Positions 1 through 9,030 of a stretch of 53,002 nucleotides of DNA are shown one piece after another. This DNA comes from Eubacteriales bacterium (lineage in GTDB: Bacteria; Bacillota; Clostridia; Oscillospirales; CAG-272). The stretch spans positions 1 through 53,002 of the forward strand of contig JAZNXP010000124.1 of NCBI GenBank assembly GCA_045593965.1. The letters run 5' to 3'. Positions within the stretch are counted from its first letter, which is position 1, and each line of letters starts with the position of its first letter. Both the position numbers and the translations under genes were made by a program. The notes under the pieces are model-generated. The model searched no databases and was not told the DNA's origin. It worked only from the letters and a program-made list of their open reading frames with translations.

Positions 1-400
1 AAACAGACAACCACCCGCTATGTGGGTGGGGAACAAAGGTTATACCCTTGTTTGTCTTAAAAACGGATAGGATTACAAGGCTTCCCCTTGAGGGGAAGCT
101 GTCACCGCAAGGTGACTGATGAGGTGTAGCCGTTGAAAACGGCGTTATTCTTACTCGTTCTATTACAAAACGGATGCTCCGCATCCTACACCTCATCCGC
201 CTCGTTCCTCGGCACCTTCCCCTCAAGGGGAAGGCTTTCAGTTTGCAAATGGCTTTTGTATCACAAAAGCCAGCGGCTTGAGCCGCTGGCCGGTAGTATT
301 GGGCTTTTAGCCCTTGTGCAAACCACCCGTTTGACGGGTGGTTATGATTCTCGGAATTTTTGGGCTTGCGGAACGATATGCCAAGTATCGTTGCTTTTCT
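1..400. repeat. Cluster of >=10 short GC-rich stem-loops (REP-like palindromic units), non-coding
   Basis: Stems read directly: 81-98 (cttcccc/ggggaag), 101-116 (gtcacc-GCAA-ggtgac), 129-143 (gccgtt/aacggc), 172-186 (ggatgc/gcatcc), 215-234 (ccttcccc/ggggaagg), 251-271, 270-289 (ccagcggc/gccgctgg), 321-343 (10-bp stem) and 372-392. A ~12-bp long-range stem (~118-129 with ~186-197) encloses several of them. No credible ORF. I see no tRNA, tmRNA, RNase P or 6S signature. Confidence 0.6.
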
Positions 401-403
401 CTT

Positions 404-934
404 TTATTTTTTAAACTTTTCGTTATATCCCTGAATGGCATCCCAGATGATGCGCTCCGCCATGTCCTTGCCAAAGAGCGACTTGACTGCGGTCTGCTTA
501 TTCTCCAGCTGCTTATAAACCGAGAAAAAGTGCATGATCTCATCGAAAATATGCGGGGGCAATTCATCGATGGTCGTGATGCCGAGATAGGTCGGGTCGG
601 AGAGGGGAACAGCGATGATCTTATCATCCATCTTTCCGCCGTCGATCATGCGCATCACGCCGATCGGATAGACGTCGATCAGCGTCAGAGGATAGATCGG
701 CTCGGCACACAGCACCAATACGTCCAACGGGTCTCCGTCGTCGGCATAGGTGCGCGGAATGAAGCCGTAGTTGGCAGGGTAGTGCGTGGACGTATAAAGA
801 ATACGGTCGAGCTTTAACAGTCCCGTATATTTATCAAGCTCGTATTTGCATTTGCTTCCTTTTGGAATTTCGATCACCGCGGTGAATTGCTGGGGCTTGA
901 TCAGGGTGGGATCCATGTCGTGCCAGATGTTCAT
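404..934 (-). CDS. ppa: Inorganic pyrophosphatase, family I
   Basis: From ORF 404..1063(-). I start it at the internal Met (MNIWHDMD, ATG at 934) because GGAGGT (941-946) lies 6 nt upstream. Carries the DGDPLDVLV pyrophosphatase signature plus KYELDK and YPANYGFIP motifs. Confidence 0.9.
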   Translation of the reverse strand: MNIWHDMDPTLIKPQQFTAVIEIPKGSKCKYELDKYTGLLKLDRILYTSTHYPANYGFIPRTYADDGDPLDVLVLCAEPIYPLTLIDVYPIGVMRMIDGGKMDDKIIAVPLSDPTYLGITTIDELPPHIFDEIMHFFSVYKQLENKQTAVKSLFGKDMAERIIWDAIQGYNEKFKK

Positions 935-1050
935 GAAAAGACCTCCGTTGGTTTGTTTTTTTGTTTTGATTCCGCTACATGATGTATTGGAATTGTAAGT
1001 TGATAGAAATTGACATACCCACTTATGAAAAAATGAACACAGTTGTTCCT

Positions 1051-1302
1051 TCTCTCTCCTCATCCGTCAGCCACGGCTGACACCTTCTCCGCTGGAGAAG
1101 GCTGATTTAAGTGCGGCGAACAAATCAAATTATCATTGTGATTGGATGCGTTATTTGGGAAATGTTGATTGTTGTTTATGACTTGTTTGCTAATATTAAA
1201 GTCTCGTATCTATTAATGTGTTATTATAAAAACATGGGGCTTAATTAGCCTTCTCCAGCGGAGAAGGTGGCATCGCTTGCGATGGCGGATGAGGAGAGAG
1301 AG
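1051..1302. repeat. Inverted pair of composite hairpin modules flanking a ~145-nt AT-rich core (MITE-like or REP-pair element)
   Basis: The left arm 1051-1103 is tctctctcctcatccg, then hairpin tcagcc/ggctga, then hairpin ccttctcc/ggagaagg. The right arm 1247-1302 is hairpin ccttctcc/ggagaagg, then hairpin catcgc/gcgatg, then cggatgaggagagaga. The outer 16 nt (1051-1066 vs 1286-1301) are perfect reverse complements. The inner hairpin differs in sequence but keeps its shape. The cctcatccg motif also occurs at ~191-199. Confidence 0.55.
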
Positions 1303-1355
1303 GGAACTCTTTTGTTCTACTGTCCTTGGAGGGTATATTCGGGTCGCGTTGAATA

Positions 1356-2636
1356 TTATTTCACGTAGTCAAACTCAAAGCCGTAGATCGAAACGGTGTG
1401 TCCGTCGCGGCAGCCCTTGGCTTCCAACGCCTCGAATACGCCGCTGTTCTGCAGGACCTTCTGGAAGAAATTGAGGGATTCGTAGTCGCTGAAGTTGACC
1501 TGTCCCATCAAATTCTTGAGCCATTCGCCCTCTACGAAGAAGGTGTTGTTCTCGCGGCGGATGGTGGTCTCCTTGCCGCCGCCCACGTATGCGTCCTCGG
1601 GGGCGTATTCACGCTCGTAGATCTTCATGGGGGGAAGGTCGCGCAGGCGGTCAGCCACAAGGTGGATCATTTCATCCAAGCCCTCGCCCGTCACGGCAGA
1701 AACGTAAAGAAGCGTCCAGCCGTTCTTTTTGACGTAATTTTCAAACGCCTTGACGTCCACAAGCTCGGGGTCCAGCGCGTCGCATTTGTTCGCCAGAATG
1801 ATCTGGGGGCGCTCGGCAAGCTCGGGGCTGTAACGCGCCAGCTCGTAATTGATCTTTTCGATATCCTCAACGGGATCTCTGCCTTCAAAGCAGGAGATAT
1901 CAACAACGTGAAGGAGCAAGCGACAACGGTCGATGTGGCGAAGAAACGCGTGTCCGAGTCCCGCTCCGTCTGCCGCGCCCTCGATCAGCCCGGGGATGTC
2001 CGCGGCAACAAATCCCGATTCTCCGCCCGTGCGTACCACGCCGAGGTTGGGGGAGAGGGTGGTGAAGTGGTAATCCGCGATCTTGGGCTTTGCCGCGCTG
2101 ATACGGGAAAGAATGGAGGACTTGCCCACGCTGGGATAGCCGATCAATCCCACGTCGGCGAGCATTTTCAGCTCCAGAATGACCTCCCGCTCCTGCCCCT
2201 CGGTGCCGTTCTTGGCAAACATGGGAACCTGTCGCGTGGGGGTGGAGAAATGTCGGTTGCCCCAACCGCCTCTGCCGCCCTTGCAGGCGACATAGTCCGC
2301 GCCGTTGTTCTCGGACATATCGTGCAGGATCTTCTGCGTTTCGGCATCTCGGATGAGCGTTCCCGGGGGAACCAAGATCACGAGGTCGTCAGCGGTCGCA
2401 CCGTGACATTTCGCGCCCTTGCCGTCACCGCCTCTGCCTGCGATGAATTTGTGCTTATAACGGAAGGCGAGAAGCGTATTGCAACCCTCGTCCACGCGGA
2501 ATACGACGTTTCCGCCGTGTCCGCCGTCGCCACCGTCGGGACCGCCTGCCGCAACGTATTTTTCGCGGCGGAAGGAGACCGCGCCGTTTCCTCCGTCACC
2601 TGCTTTGATATAAATTCTGACGTTGTCTACAAACAT
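1356..2636 (-). CDS. obg: GTPase Obg/CgtA
   Basis: 426 aa. N-terminal Obg fold (MFVDNVRIYIKAGDGGNGAVSFRREKY, Gly-rich repeats), G domain (GYPSVGKSS, DIPGLIEGA, NKCD) and a C-terminal OCT-like domain. Confidence 0.95.
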   Translation of the reverse strand: MFVDNVRIYIKAGDGGNGAVSFRREKYVAAGGPDGGDGGHGGNVVFRVDEGCNTLLAFRYKHKFIAGRGGDGKGAKCHGATADDLVILVPPGTLIRDAETQKILHDMSENNGADYVACKGGRGGWGNRHFSTPTRQVPMFAKNGTEGQEREVILELKMLADVGLIGYPSVGKSSILSRISAAKPKIADYHFTTLSPNLGVVRTGGESGFVAADIPGLIEGAADGAGLGHAFLRHIDRCRLLLHVVDISCFEGRDPVEDIEKINYELARYSPELAERPQIILANKCDALDPELVDVKAFENYVKKNGWTLLYVSAVTGEGLDEMIHLVADRLRDLPPMKIYEREYAPEDAYVGGGKETTIRRENNTFFVEGEWLKNLMGQVNFSDYESLNFFQKVLQNSGVFEALEAKGCRDGHTVSIYGFEFDYVK

Positions 2637-2660
2637 AAGTATTTCCTTTCCTTGAAGGGT

Positions 2661-3314
2661 TCAATCAAATTCGTGCAAATGCTCTTTGGTATAAGCCAGC
2701 ATTTGCTGTGAGAGATATTCGCTTTTGGACTCCAGATACGCGCGGAATTCCTCCACGTCGCAATCCGCTTGCGCCATGTAATATTGCACGTGACGGTTCA
2801 GATCCTCGTCCGACTGCGTCAGGTAGGTGGCGAAGATATCCGCCAGCTCCTTTCCGCCGTCCAAAAACGCGTCCCATTGCGCACGCTCGGTGCAAACGCT
2901 CATCATGCCCAGAAGCTGATAACAGAACAGGGGCTTGAATACCTCGGGCGCGCCGCCCTCCTCGTCAAACAGGGCGTTGATGTAAAGCTGCTTTCCTTTG
3001 CGGAAGAGTGCCATATAGCGCAGCGTGCGATCCGCGACTTGCGCCGACGTGAGCTGATCGGGGGACATATTCCCCTTGAGCGCACGATCGTAGAGAAAAT
3101 AATTGTGCTTTCTCTTGGCGGCTCGTTTGGAAAGAATGACAAGATAGATCAAAAACGCGCCGAAGAGAAAGGGAATCGCCGCGATGGCGGTCAGGATAAT
3201 TCTTCCCCAAGGGGAGTCCACCCTTGCGTTGGCGAAGGCGATGATCAGAATCGCAATTCCGATCAAGATCGCGGCAACACGCAAAAGATGTCGCTCGGTT
3301 TTTTGTTGATCCAT
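2661..3314 (-). CDS. Hypothetical membrane protein (two predicted TM helices)
   Basis: From ORF 2661..3488(-). I start it at MDQQKTERH (ATG 3314) because an AGGTG RBS lies just upstream. Two hydrophobic helices (AAILIGIAILIIAF, ILTAIAAIPFLFGAFLIYLVIL) are followed by a soluble C-terminal part. No family recognised. Confidence 0.55.
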   Translation of the reverse strand: MDQQKTERHLLRVAAILIGIAILIIAFANARVDSPWGRIILTAIAAIPFLFGAFLIYLVILSKRAAKRKHNYFLYDRALKGNMSPDQLTSAQVADRTLRYMALFRKGKQLYINALFDEEGGAPEVFKPLFCYQLLGMMSVCTERAQWDAFLDGGKELADIFATYLTQSDEDLNRHVQYYMAQADCDVEEFRAYLESKSEYLSQQMLAYTKEHLHEFD

Positions 3315-3486
3315 GAAAGTCACCTCTTTTTTGATTGGATTTGCTTTTGATGCTTTCTTCTTTTGAAAAGCACTTGATTTTTTGCTTGAAACGCGGTATG
3401 ATATATTTGTGGTTTTGATTTTATGATCCTGAATACGTTCAGGAATAACTATGAAATTCCGATTTAAAAATATGGAGATTTGAGTC

Positions 3487-4296
3487 ATGGTCGATCAGTT
3501 CATTTCAAATTCCTTTTTCAAAAAGCTGTTTTCGCTCAATATAGTCCTCAGCGGACTTGCCACCGTTCGTCCCCCTTGGAATTGGGAAACGCCGTCGCCG
3601 CCCTATTCCCGCCTTTACTATATCCTTGACGGAAATATGAGCTTGACAGTGGACGGGAAGCTTTGCACGCTTTCAAAGGGAAACGTGTATCTGATCCCGA
3701 CGGCACATTCCGTCAAGCACGAGGCTTTGGAGCCGAACACGCATCTTTATTTTCATATCAATCTGTTTGATTTCGCCAATCAGGACGTGCTTGCGTTTTG
3801 CGAGACGGGGAAGGGCTTTGCGCGGTCGGAGATCGGAGAGCTTGCTCGGCTTTACAAGAGCGAGAACGCGCTGGATCATTTCCGATTGAAGCAGGAGATC
3901 CTTTCGGACGTGCTTCGGTTTTTGGAATTGAGTGACTATCAGCCCGAGAAAAAGCAGTATTCTCCGCACGTTCAAAAAGCGGTGGAATACATCAAGGCGC
4001 ATCTTTCAGCCGAGCTTTCGGTCCAACGGGTGTGCCAAGAGCTGTTTATCTCCAAAAGCACACTCAACCGATGCTTTCAAAGTGAGCTTGGAAGATCGGT
4101 GGGAGATTACATCGACATGCTGGTTCTGGAGCAGGCAAAAACCCTGCTTTCCACCACCGTCTGTTCGCTCTTTCAGATCAGCGATCGACTCGGCTTTTGC
4201 GATCAGTTTTATTTTTCCAGAAAATTCAAGGCTGCGTTTGGAGAAACGCCGTTTGAATACCGCCAAAAGAACCGTGCGGAGCTGTTGGATCGGTAG
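3487..4296 (+). CDS. AraC-family transcriptional regulator (cupin-like sensor + HTH)
   Basis: 269 aa. The C-terminal AraC double HTH reads ISKSTLNRCFQSELGRSVGDYI ... ISDRLGFCDQFYFSRKFKAAFGETPFEYR. It is divergent from the 2661-3314 gene. Confidence 0.85.
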   Translation: MVDQFISNSFFKKLFSLNIVLSGLATVRPPWNWETPSPPYSRLYYILDGNMSLTVDGKLCTLSKGNVYLIPTAHSVKHEALEPNTHLYFHINLFDFANQDVLAFCETGKGFARSEIGELARLYKSENALDHFRLKQEILSDVLRFLELSDYQPEKKQYSPHVQKAVEYIKAHLSAELSVQRVCQELFISKSTLNRCFQSELGRSVGDYIDMLVLEQAKTLLSTTVCSLFQISDRLGFCDQFYFSRKFKAAFGETPFEYRQKNRAELLDR

Positions 4297-4331
4297 CGTT
4301 CAAGATGCTTCGGACGCTTGGAGCTTGCCGA

Positions 4332-5663
4332 TCAGTCGTTGTCGTCACCCTTCATGCGGATGATGAGCTTGATAGGAGTGCCGTTAAATCCGAAGGTCTC
4401 GCGCAAACAGTTTTCGATGAAGCGTTGATAGGAGAAGTGGAACAGCTCAATGTTGTTACAGAAGATCACGAACGTCGGGGGAGCGACCGAGATCTGCGTC
4501 ATGTAGTAGATCTTGAGCCGTCTGCCCTTGTCGGACGGGGGCTGTACGCGGATCATGGCGTCACCGAGGACGTCGTTGAGCATGCCCGTGGAGATGCGCA
4601 TAAGTGCCTGATTTTGCACGTAGGTGATGCGCTCGAAGAGATCGTTCACGCGCTGTCCCGTTTTTGCGGAAATATAAACGATCGGGGCGTAGGGCATATA
4701 TGCCAGTGCCGTGCGGATCTTGTTGTTGAACTCGTTGAAGGTGGAGTTGTCCTTGATGATCAAATCCCATTTGTTCACAACGATGATCGTTGCCTTGCCC
4801 GCCTCGTGCGCGATGCCCGCGATCTTTTCATCCTGCTCGGTAATGCCCGTGGATGCGTCGATCACAAGCAGGCAGACGTTTGCGCGTTCCACTGCCATAT
4901 GCGCGCGCAGAACGCTGAAATGCTCGATCTTATCGTTGATCTTTGCCTGACGGCGAATGCCTGCGGTATCGATGACCGTGAATTTTTCAAGCTCGTTTTC
5001 CACGTGCGTGTCGACGGCGTCACGCGTGGTTCCCGCGATATCCGAAACGATCAGGCGGTTTTGTCCGATGAGCTTGTTGATCAGAGAGGATTTGCCCGCG
5101 TTGGGCTTTCCGATCACGGCGACACGGATGCTCTCATCCTCTTCCTCCTCGTCCGTCCATTCTCCCAAGGCGTCAAAGCAGGCGTCGAGCAGGTCGCCCG
5201 AGCCGCTTCCGTGCAGACTGGAAACACCGATGGGCTCGCAGTCGAAGCCAAGCTCGTAAAATTCATAAAATTCAAACGGCATTTGTCCGACGCGATCGCA
5301 TTTGTTGATGCAGGGAACGATGGGCTTGCCGCTTTTTTTGAGCATGACGGCAATGTCCTGATCGTCCGCGGTCAAGCCCGTGCGGACGTCGCACATGAAG
5401 ATGATAACGTCGGCGGTATCGATGGCGAGCTTTGCCTGCTCACGCATTTGCGAGAGAATGACGTTATCGGTACGGGGCTCGATTCCGCCCGTGTCGATCA
5501 CGATCAGCTTCTTGCCTCTCCATTCGGTCTCACCGTAGATGCGGTCGCGCGTAACGCCCGGGGTATCCTCGACGATGGAACGGCGTTCGCCGATCAGCTT
5601 ATTAAATAACGTGCTTTTGCCAACGTTGGGGCGTCCCACGATGGCGATCACAGGTTTTGACAT
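4332..5663 (-). CDS. der: Ribosome-associated GTPase Der/EngA
   Basis: 443 aa with two tandem G domains (GRPNVGKSTLFN and GKPNAGKSSLIN) plus a KH-like C-terminus. An AGGAG RBS lies upstream. Confidence 0.95.
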   Translation of the reverse strand: MSKPVIAIVGRPNVGKSTLFNKLIGERRSIVEDTPGVTRDRIYGETEWRGKKLIVIDTGGIEPRTDNVILSQMREQAKLAIDTADVIIFMCDVRTGLTADDQDIAVMLKKSGKPIVPCINKCDRVGQMPFEFYEFYELGFDCEPIGVSSLHGSGSGDLLDACFDALGEWTDEEEEDESIRVAVIGKPNAGKSSLINKLIGQNRLIVSDIAGTTRDAVDTHVENELEKFTVIDTAGIRRQAKINDKIEHFSVLRAHMAVERANVCLLVIDASTGITEQDEKIAGIAHEAGKATIIVVNKWDLIIKDNSTFNEFNNKIRTALAYMPYAPIVYISAKTGQRVNDLFERITYVQNQALMRISTGMLNDVLGDAMIRVQPPSDKGRRLKIYYMTQISVAPPTFVIFCNNIELFHFSYQRFIENCLRETFGFNGTPIKLIIRMKGDDND

Positions 5664-5689
5664 ATCTATATTGAACTCCTTTTCTGATT

Positions 5690-7003
5690 TTATGCAAGCC
5701 CGAGCAACGCGCGCAAAAGCTTTGCGCCGTCGTTTTCGGACGGACGAACGGGAACGCCGAGAGCAATGGAAAGATCATCGGGCGTCAGATCGTCCAAAAA
5801 GACGTCCTCATCCGCGCGAAGCGTCACGGCGGGGAAGAGCAATTCGTCCCCCAAGGGCTTGTCCTTGAGCTGCTCGATCATATCCTTTGCGGTGAGCAAG
5901 CCCGCAACGGTCACGCTCTCGCCGAAGAAATGATTGACAATGCGATAGACGTTGATCCGCAGTCCCTCCACACGCGCTTCCAACGCGCGGCAAAGTCCCG
6001 ACAGATGCTCGTAAGCCGCAACACCCGTTGCGATCGAAACGGTACGCGGAGCGCAAAATTCGGGGAGATATTCATCCAAGTAATCCAACTCGAAATCAAA
6101 CTCCGAGGAAAGCGAGGTCAGCATTCCCACGCCGTTCTCAATTTGCGAATAGTCCTCGTAGTAGTCCTCGCTCGGAAGCGGAAGTCCCGCGCGGACGTAA
6201 AATTCATCGGCGCAATAAAAGACGCGCGTGCCGTATTTTTTCAAGCATTCGTCACCGAAGGCGTTGACCTGCCCGATCACTGCGGCGCATTCCTCGGGGG
6301 TGAACGCCTCCAAGGGGTAAAGTCCGTCCCGATGCTTGGTCAGTCCCACGGGGACGATCGCGCAGGAGCGCAGGGCCGGGAGATAGGACGCAAGATCTTG
6401 CATGGAGCGATCCAGCTCTTCTCCGTCGTTGAGTCCCTTGCAGAGCACGATCTGCGTGCAGAGCGCGATGCCCGCGTCGGCAAGCGTGTGCAGATAAGAC
6501 AGCACCTCGCCGGCGCGTTTGTTTTTCATCATCTTTACGCGCAAGTCGGGATTGGTCGTGTGAACGGACACGTTGATGGGGGAGATGTGCATGGTCAGGA
6601 TGCGCTCGATGTCGGCATCCCCGAGATTCGTCAGCGTGACGTAATTTCCGTGCAGGAAGGAGAGACGGTCGTCGTCGTCCTTGAAGTAAAGCGACTCCCG
6701 CATTCCTTTCGGAAGCTGATCGATGAAGCAGAACACGCACTTGTTGCGGCAGGAATGCTTCCGATCCATCAGGGGCGTTTCAAATTCCAGACCGATGTCG
6801 TCGTATTCTCCCTTGTGCAGACGAACGGAATAGGGTTCCCCCTCGCGCAACAGCGTCAGAGACACGTCCGTGTCGGTCAGATAGAAGCGATAATCAAGAA
6901 CGTCCTTGATCTCGTGCCCGTTGATGGACTGCAATGCATCCTGCGCCTGAATGCCCGCCCTTGCCGCGTGACTTTTGGGTAAGACCTCCGTAATGCGAAC
7001 CAT
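5690..7003 (-). CDS. Radical-SAM protein with N-terminal PDZ domain (DUF512-type)
   Basis: Has the CX3CX2C motif CRNKCVFC and an N-terminal PDZ-like segment (SHAARAGIQAQDALQSINGHEI). I moved the start to MVRITEV (ATG 7003). AGGAGG sits at 7011-7016, and the predicted promoter -10 at 7055-7060 puts the upstream ATG 7051 at or before the transcript start. Confidence 0.75.
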   Translation of the reverse strand: MVRITEVLPKSHAARAGIQAQDALQSINGHEIKDVLDYRFYLTDTDVSLTLLREGEPYSVRLHKGEYDDIGLEFETPLMDRKHSCRNKCVFCFIDQLPKGMRESLYFKDDDDRLSFLHGNYVTLTNLGDADIERILTMHISPINVSVHTTNPDLRVKMMKNKRAGEVLSYLHTLADAGIALCTQIVLCKGLNDGEELDRSMQDLASYLPALRSCAIVPVGLTKHRDGLYPLEAFTPEECAAVIGQVNAFGDECLKKYGTRVFYCADEFYVRAGLPLPSEDYYEDYSQIENGVGMLTSLSSEFDFELDYLDEYLPEFCAPRTVSIATGVAAYEHLSGLCRALEARVEGLRINVYRIVNHFFGESVTVAGLLTAKDMIEQLKDKPLGDELLFPAVTLRADEDVFLDDLTPDDLSIALGVPVRPSENDGAKLLRALLGLA

Positions 7004-7054
7004 ACCGTCGCCTCCTTTCTCAAAAAAGTCCGTAATTTCCCAATTTAACATCTT

Positions 7055-7083
7055 ATTATAGCATAGTTTTTGGAAAAAGTCAA
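7055..7083 (-). promoter_or_regulatory. Sigma-A type promoter for the DUF512-der operon
   Basis: Read on the minus strand: TTGACT (7083-7078), 17-nt spacer ending in TGc, then TATAAT (7060-7055). Confidence 0.6.
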
Positions 7084-7154
7084 TTCATTATGTGAAATCA
7101 ATGGAATATTCTCTCTGCGTTCGGTGCGGAGCGAAAAATGCAATTGCATAACCC

Positions 7155-7196
7155 ATAAAAAGCTCCGCCGTGTATGCACACGGCGGAGCTTTTTAT
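7155..7196 (-). terminator. Intrinsic (bidirectional-looking) terminator after the 7205-9001 lipoprotein gene
   Basis: Perfect 13-bp stem agctccgccgtgt (7161-7173) / acacggcggagct (7178-7190) with loop atgc. It is flanked by an A-run upstream and a T-run downstream. Confidence 0.8.
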
Positions 7197-7204
7197 GGGT
7201 TTGA

Positions 7205-9001
7205 TTATTTGAAAATTTGATCGTAGGGAACGGTCAAGAGCTCGATGGACGGCTTTTGAGAAAAGCTCGTTCCGTAATTGATCACGCAAAACGTTTTTGT
7301 GCCACCGATGTTGCTGACAAACGATTCCGCATAGTAGGCATCTCCTCCCGTACCGCTGCGAGTGTCTAGGACGAGCTTGTTTTTGATGTGAAGCGTGTCG
7401 AAGTCAAATTCAAAAATCGCAAGCTCCTGCTCATTTTTGTTTTCGGTGGGAATGTTTCTTCCCATGAAATAGTACGTTCCGTTTTCCTTGAAGAAGGACG
7501 GGCGTCCCATATAGGAAATGCCTTGATAGGTGTCGGACAGATTGACCGATTTGAGCAATTCTCCGTTTGTGGTCATGCGCATCATATAGGAATAGCCGTC
7601 ATCTCCTCTGGAGAGAAGCACGAACACTCCGTTTTCCAAGAACAAGGCACTTTCGTTAATGCTGACACCAAGGAGTGATGTCAGGCTCGCGACGTGCGCA
7701 AAGCTTCGTCCGTTGTCCTCGGTCTTGATCAGATGCACGCTCCGTCCGTGACCTTGATTTTCAAGCTCGGGGAAGGTCATGGCAAGCATGTAAAGCGTGT
7801 TTCCGTCGATCACGCTATCGAAAACGTAGCCGTATTCGATGCCCGCATCGTCCTTGAGCGAGGTTGCCGCGCATTCGGAAAACTCCCCTCCGCTGATGCG
7901 GAAATGATAGGTGTAAATTCCCAGACGTGTGGAAGTTCCCTTTTGTTGAACGTCAACGTAAAGAACGGTCTCGCCGTTGGGCATGGTTACAAGCTCGGGA
8001 TTTTGGAAGCGTACCTCCTTGGAGGAGTCGACCGTGTGGGTGGCAATGACGCTGTTGTCGGAACGGTTCAGGATCGTGAGATCCAGATCGGAATGATCCG
8101 AGGTGTGCGAATATCCGCGCTTATAGGCGATCCACACCTCATCGCCGATGAGTGCCGTGGTGGGGAAGGCGAGATAATTGAGACTGTCCGTTACCTCGTC
8201 CGAGGAGACCAGCGGACTCTTGGTTACGTGCTTGATATCCGTGCTCGGAATATCGGGATCGGGAGGTGGAAGAAAGGGATCGACCGTGATCTTTGCAATG
8301 TCCATTCCGCCGAGTTCGCCCATCAGCGTGTTCCACGCATAGCAGGCTGCGGTTTTTCCTTGGTTGCGGAAGTGAAACAGTGCGCTATCCTCGCCTCTTC
8401 CGAGGGAGACGGCAAATTGACCTGCTTTCAAATAGGAACGAACGGTGATGTCTATCCATTCATTTACCTGATAGGAGCCAAACTGTGTTTCGGTGCTTCC
8501 ATCAAAGACGCATATCGCTCCCGTGGGACGGGCAACGATCTGGGAGAGCGGTTGATACGGATGATATGCGTCGGGGATCAGATTCAGCGTATAAGTGGAC
8601 AGTGCCGTAAAGCGGACACGGTAAGAAATCGTAAAGACGTCGTCGACCGCTTCAAAATCCAAAAACACGGAGGCACTGCCCTTTTTGGTGTCGTCCCGGA
8701 TAGACAAATAAGGCATGCCGTTCTCTGCTTTTAAGGAGACGTCGGTCGGCTTTCCGATCAGCTTCTTTGCGATGAAATAGGGAATGCCGTTTGAAAGATC
8801 GATCTCGACCTTGGTGGAAACAGGGGGCGTCTGTGTGCTTGGACCGCCCGAGGTCGTTTCCTGCGTGGAGAGCGTTGTTTGCTCGGTCGCTTGCGTGGTG
8901 GCTGCGGTCGTCGCGCTCGGTTGATCGGTGTTATTGCCGCATGCAAAAAGGGAAAACGAAAGACTGCATATCAGCAAAATCGCTAAAAATCTCGTTGTCA
9001 T
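7205..9001 (-). CDS. Lipoprotein, jelly-roll-like N-domain + beta-propeller-like C-domain (putative glycan-active, function unassigned)
   Basis: 598 aa. Signal peptide with lipobox SLFA|C, then a Thr/Gln/Pro-rich tether. The C-terminal half has a strand-rich pattern and one degenerate Asp-box (TEDNGRSF). It lies 29 nt downstream of the GH78 gene. It is not alignable by eye with the 14.2-kb propeller family. Confidence 0.5.
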   Translation of the reverse strand: MTTRFLAILLICSLSFSLFACGNNTDQPSATTAATTQATEQTTLSTQETTSGGPSTQTPPVSTKVEIDLSNGIPYFIAKKLIGKPTDVSLKAENGMPYLSIRDDTKKGSASVFLDFEAVDDVFTISYRVRFTALSTYTLNLIPDAYHPYQPLSQIVARPTGAICVFDGSTETQFGSYQVNEWIDITVRSYLKAGQFAVSLGRGEDSALFHFRNQGKTAACYAWNTLMGELGGMDIAKITVDPFLPPPDPDIPSTDIKHVTKSPLVSSDEVTDSLNYLAFPTTALIGDEVWIAYKRGYSHTSDHSDLDLTILNRSDNSVIATHTVDSSKEVRFQNPELVTMPNGETVLYVDVQQKGTSTRLGIYTYHFRISGGEFSECAATSLKDDAGIEYGYVFDSVIDGNTLYMLAMTFPELENQGHGRSVHLIKTEDNGRSFAHVASLTSLLGVSINESALFLENGVFVLLSRGDDGYSYMMRMTTNGELLKSVNLSDTYQGISYMGRPSFFKENGTYYFMGRNIPTENKNEQELAIFEFDFDTLHIKNKLVLDTRSGTGGDAYYAESFVSNIGGTKTFCVINYGTSFSQKPSIELLTVPYDQIFK

Positions 9002-9030
9002 AGGGCTTCTCCTTTTTTTGATGAAATGAT

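Noticed and set aside
1-400. Possible CRISPR array or structured ncRNA gene, because of many regularly spaced hairpins.
   Set aside because: There is no constant-length direct repeat separated by unique spacers, because every hairpin has a different sequence and spacing. No cas genes are present. I could not match it to tRNA, tmRNA, RNase P, SRP or 6S features. I keep it only as a REP-like repeat field.
1398-2711. A 437-aa + strand ORF opposite obg. Also 4305..5609(+) opposite der, 5930..6982(+) opposite the DUF512 gene, 9040..10833(+) opposite GH78 and 24019..25710(-) opposite the SBP gene.
   Set aside because: This is the same shadow-ORF phenomenon: they lie antisense to confidently identified genes (obg, der, DUF512 radical-SAM, GH78, SBP) and show no recognisable motifs. 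I verified the in-register relationship modulo 3 for three of them (1398 opposite obg, 4305 opposite der, 24019 opposite SBP); 5930 and 9040 are not in register and are rejected on the antisense and motif-free grounds alone.
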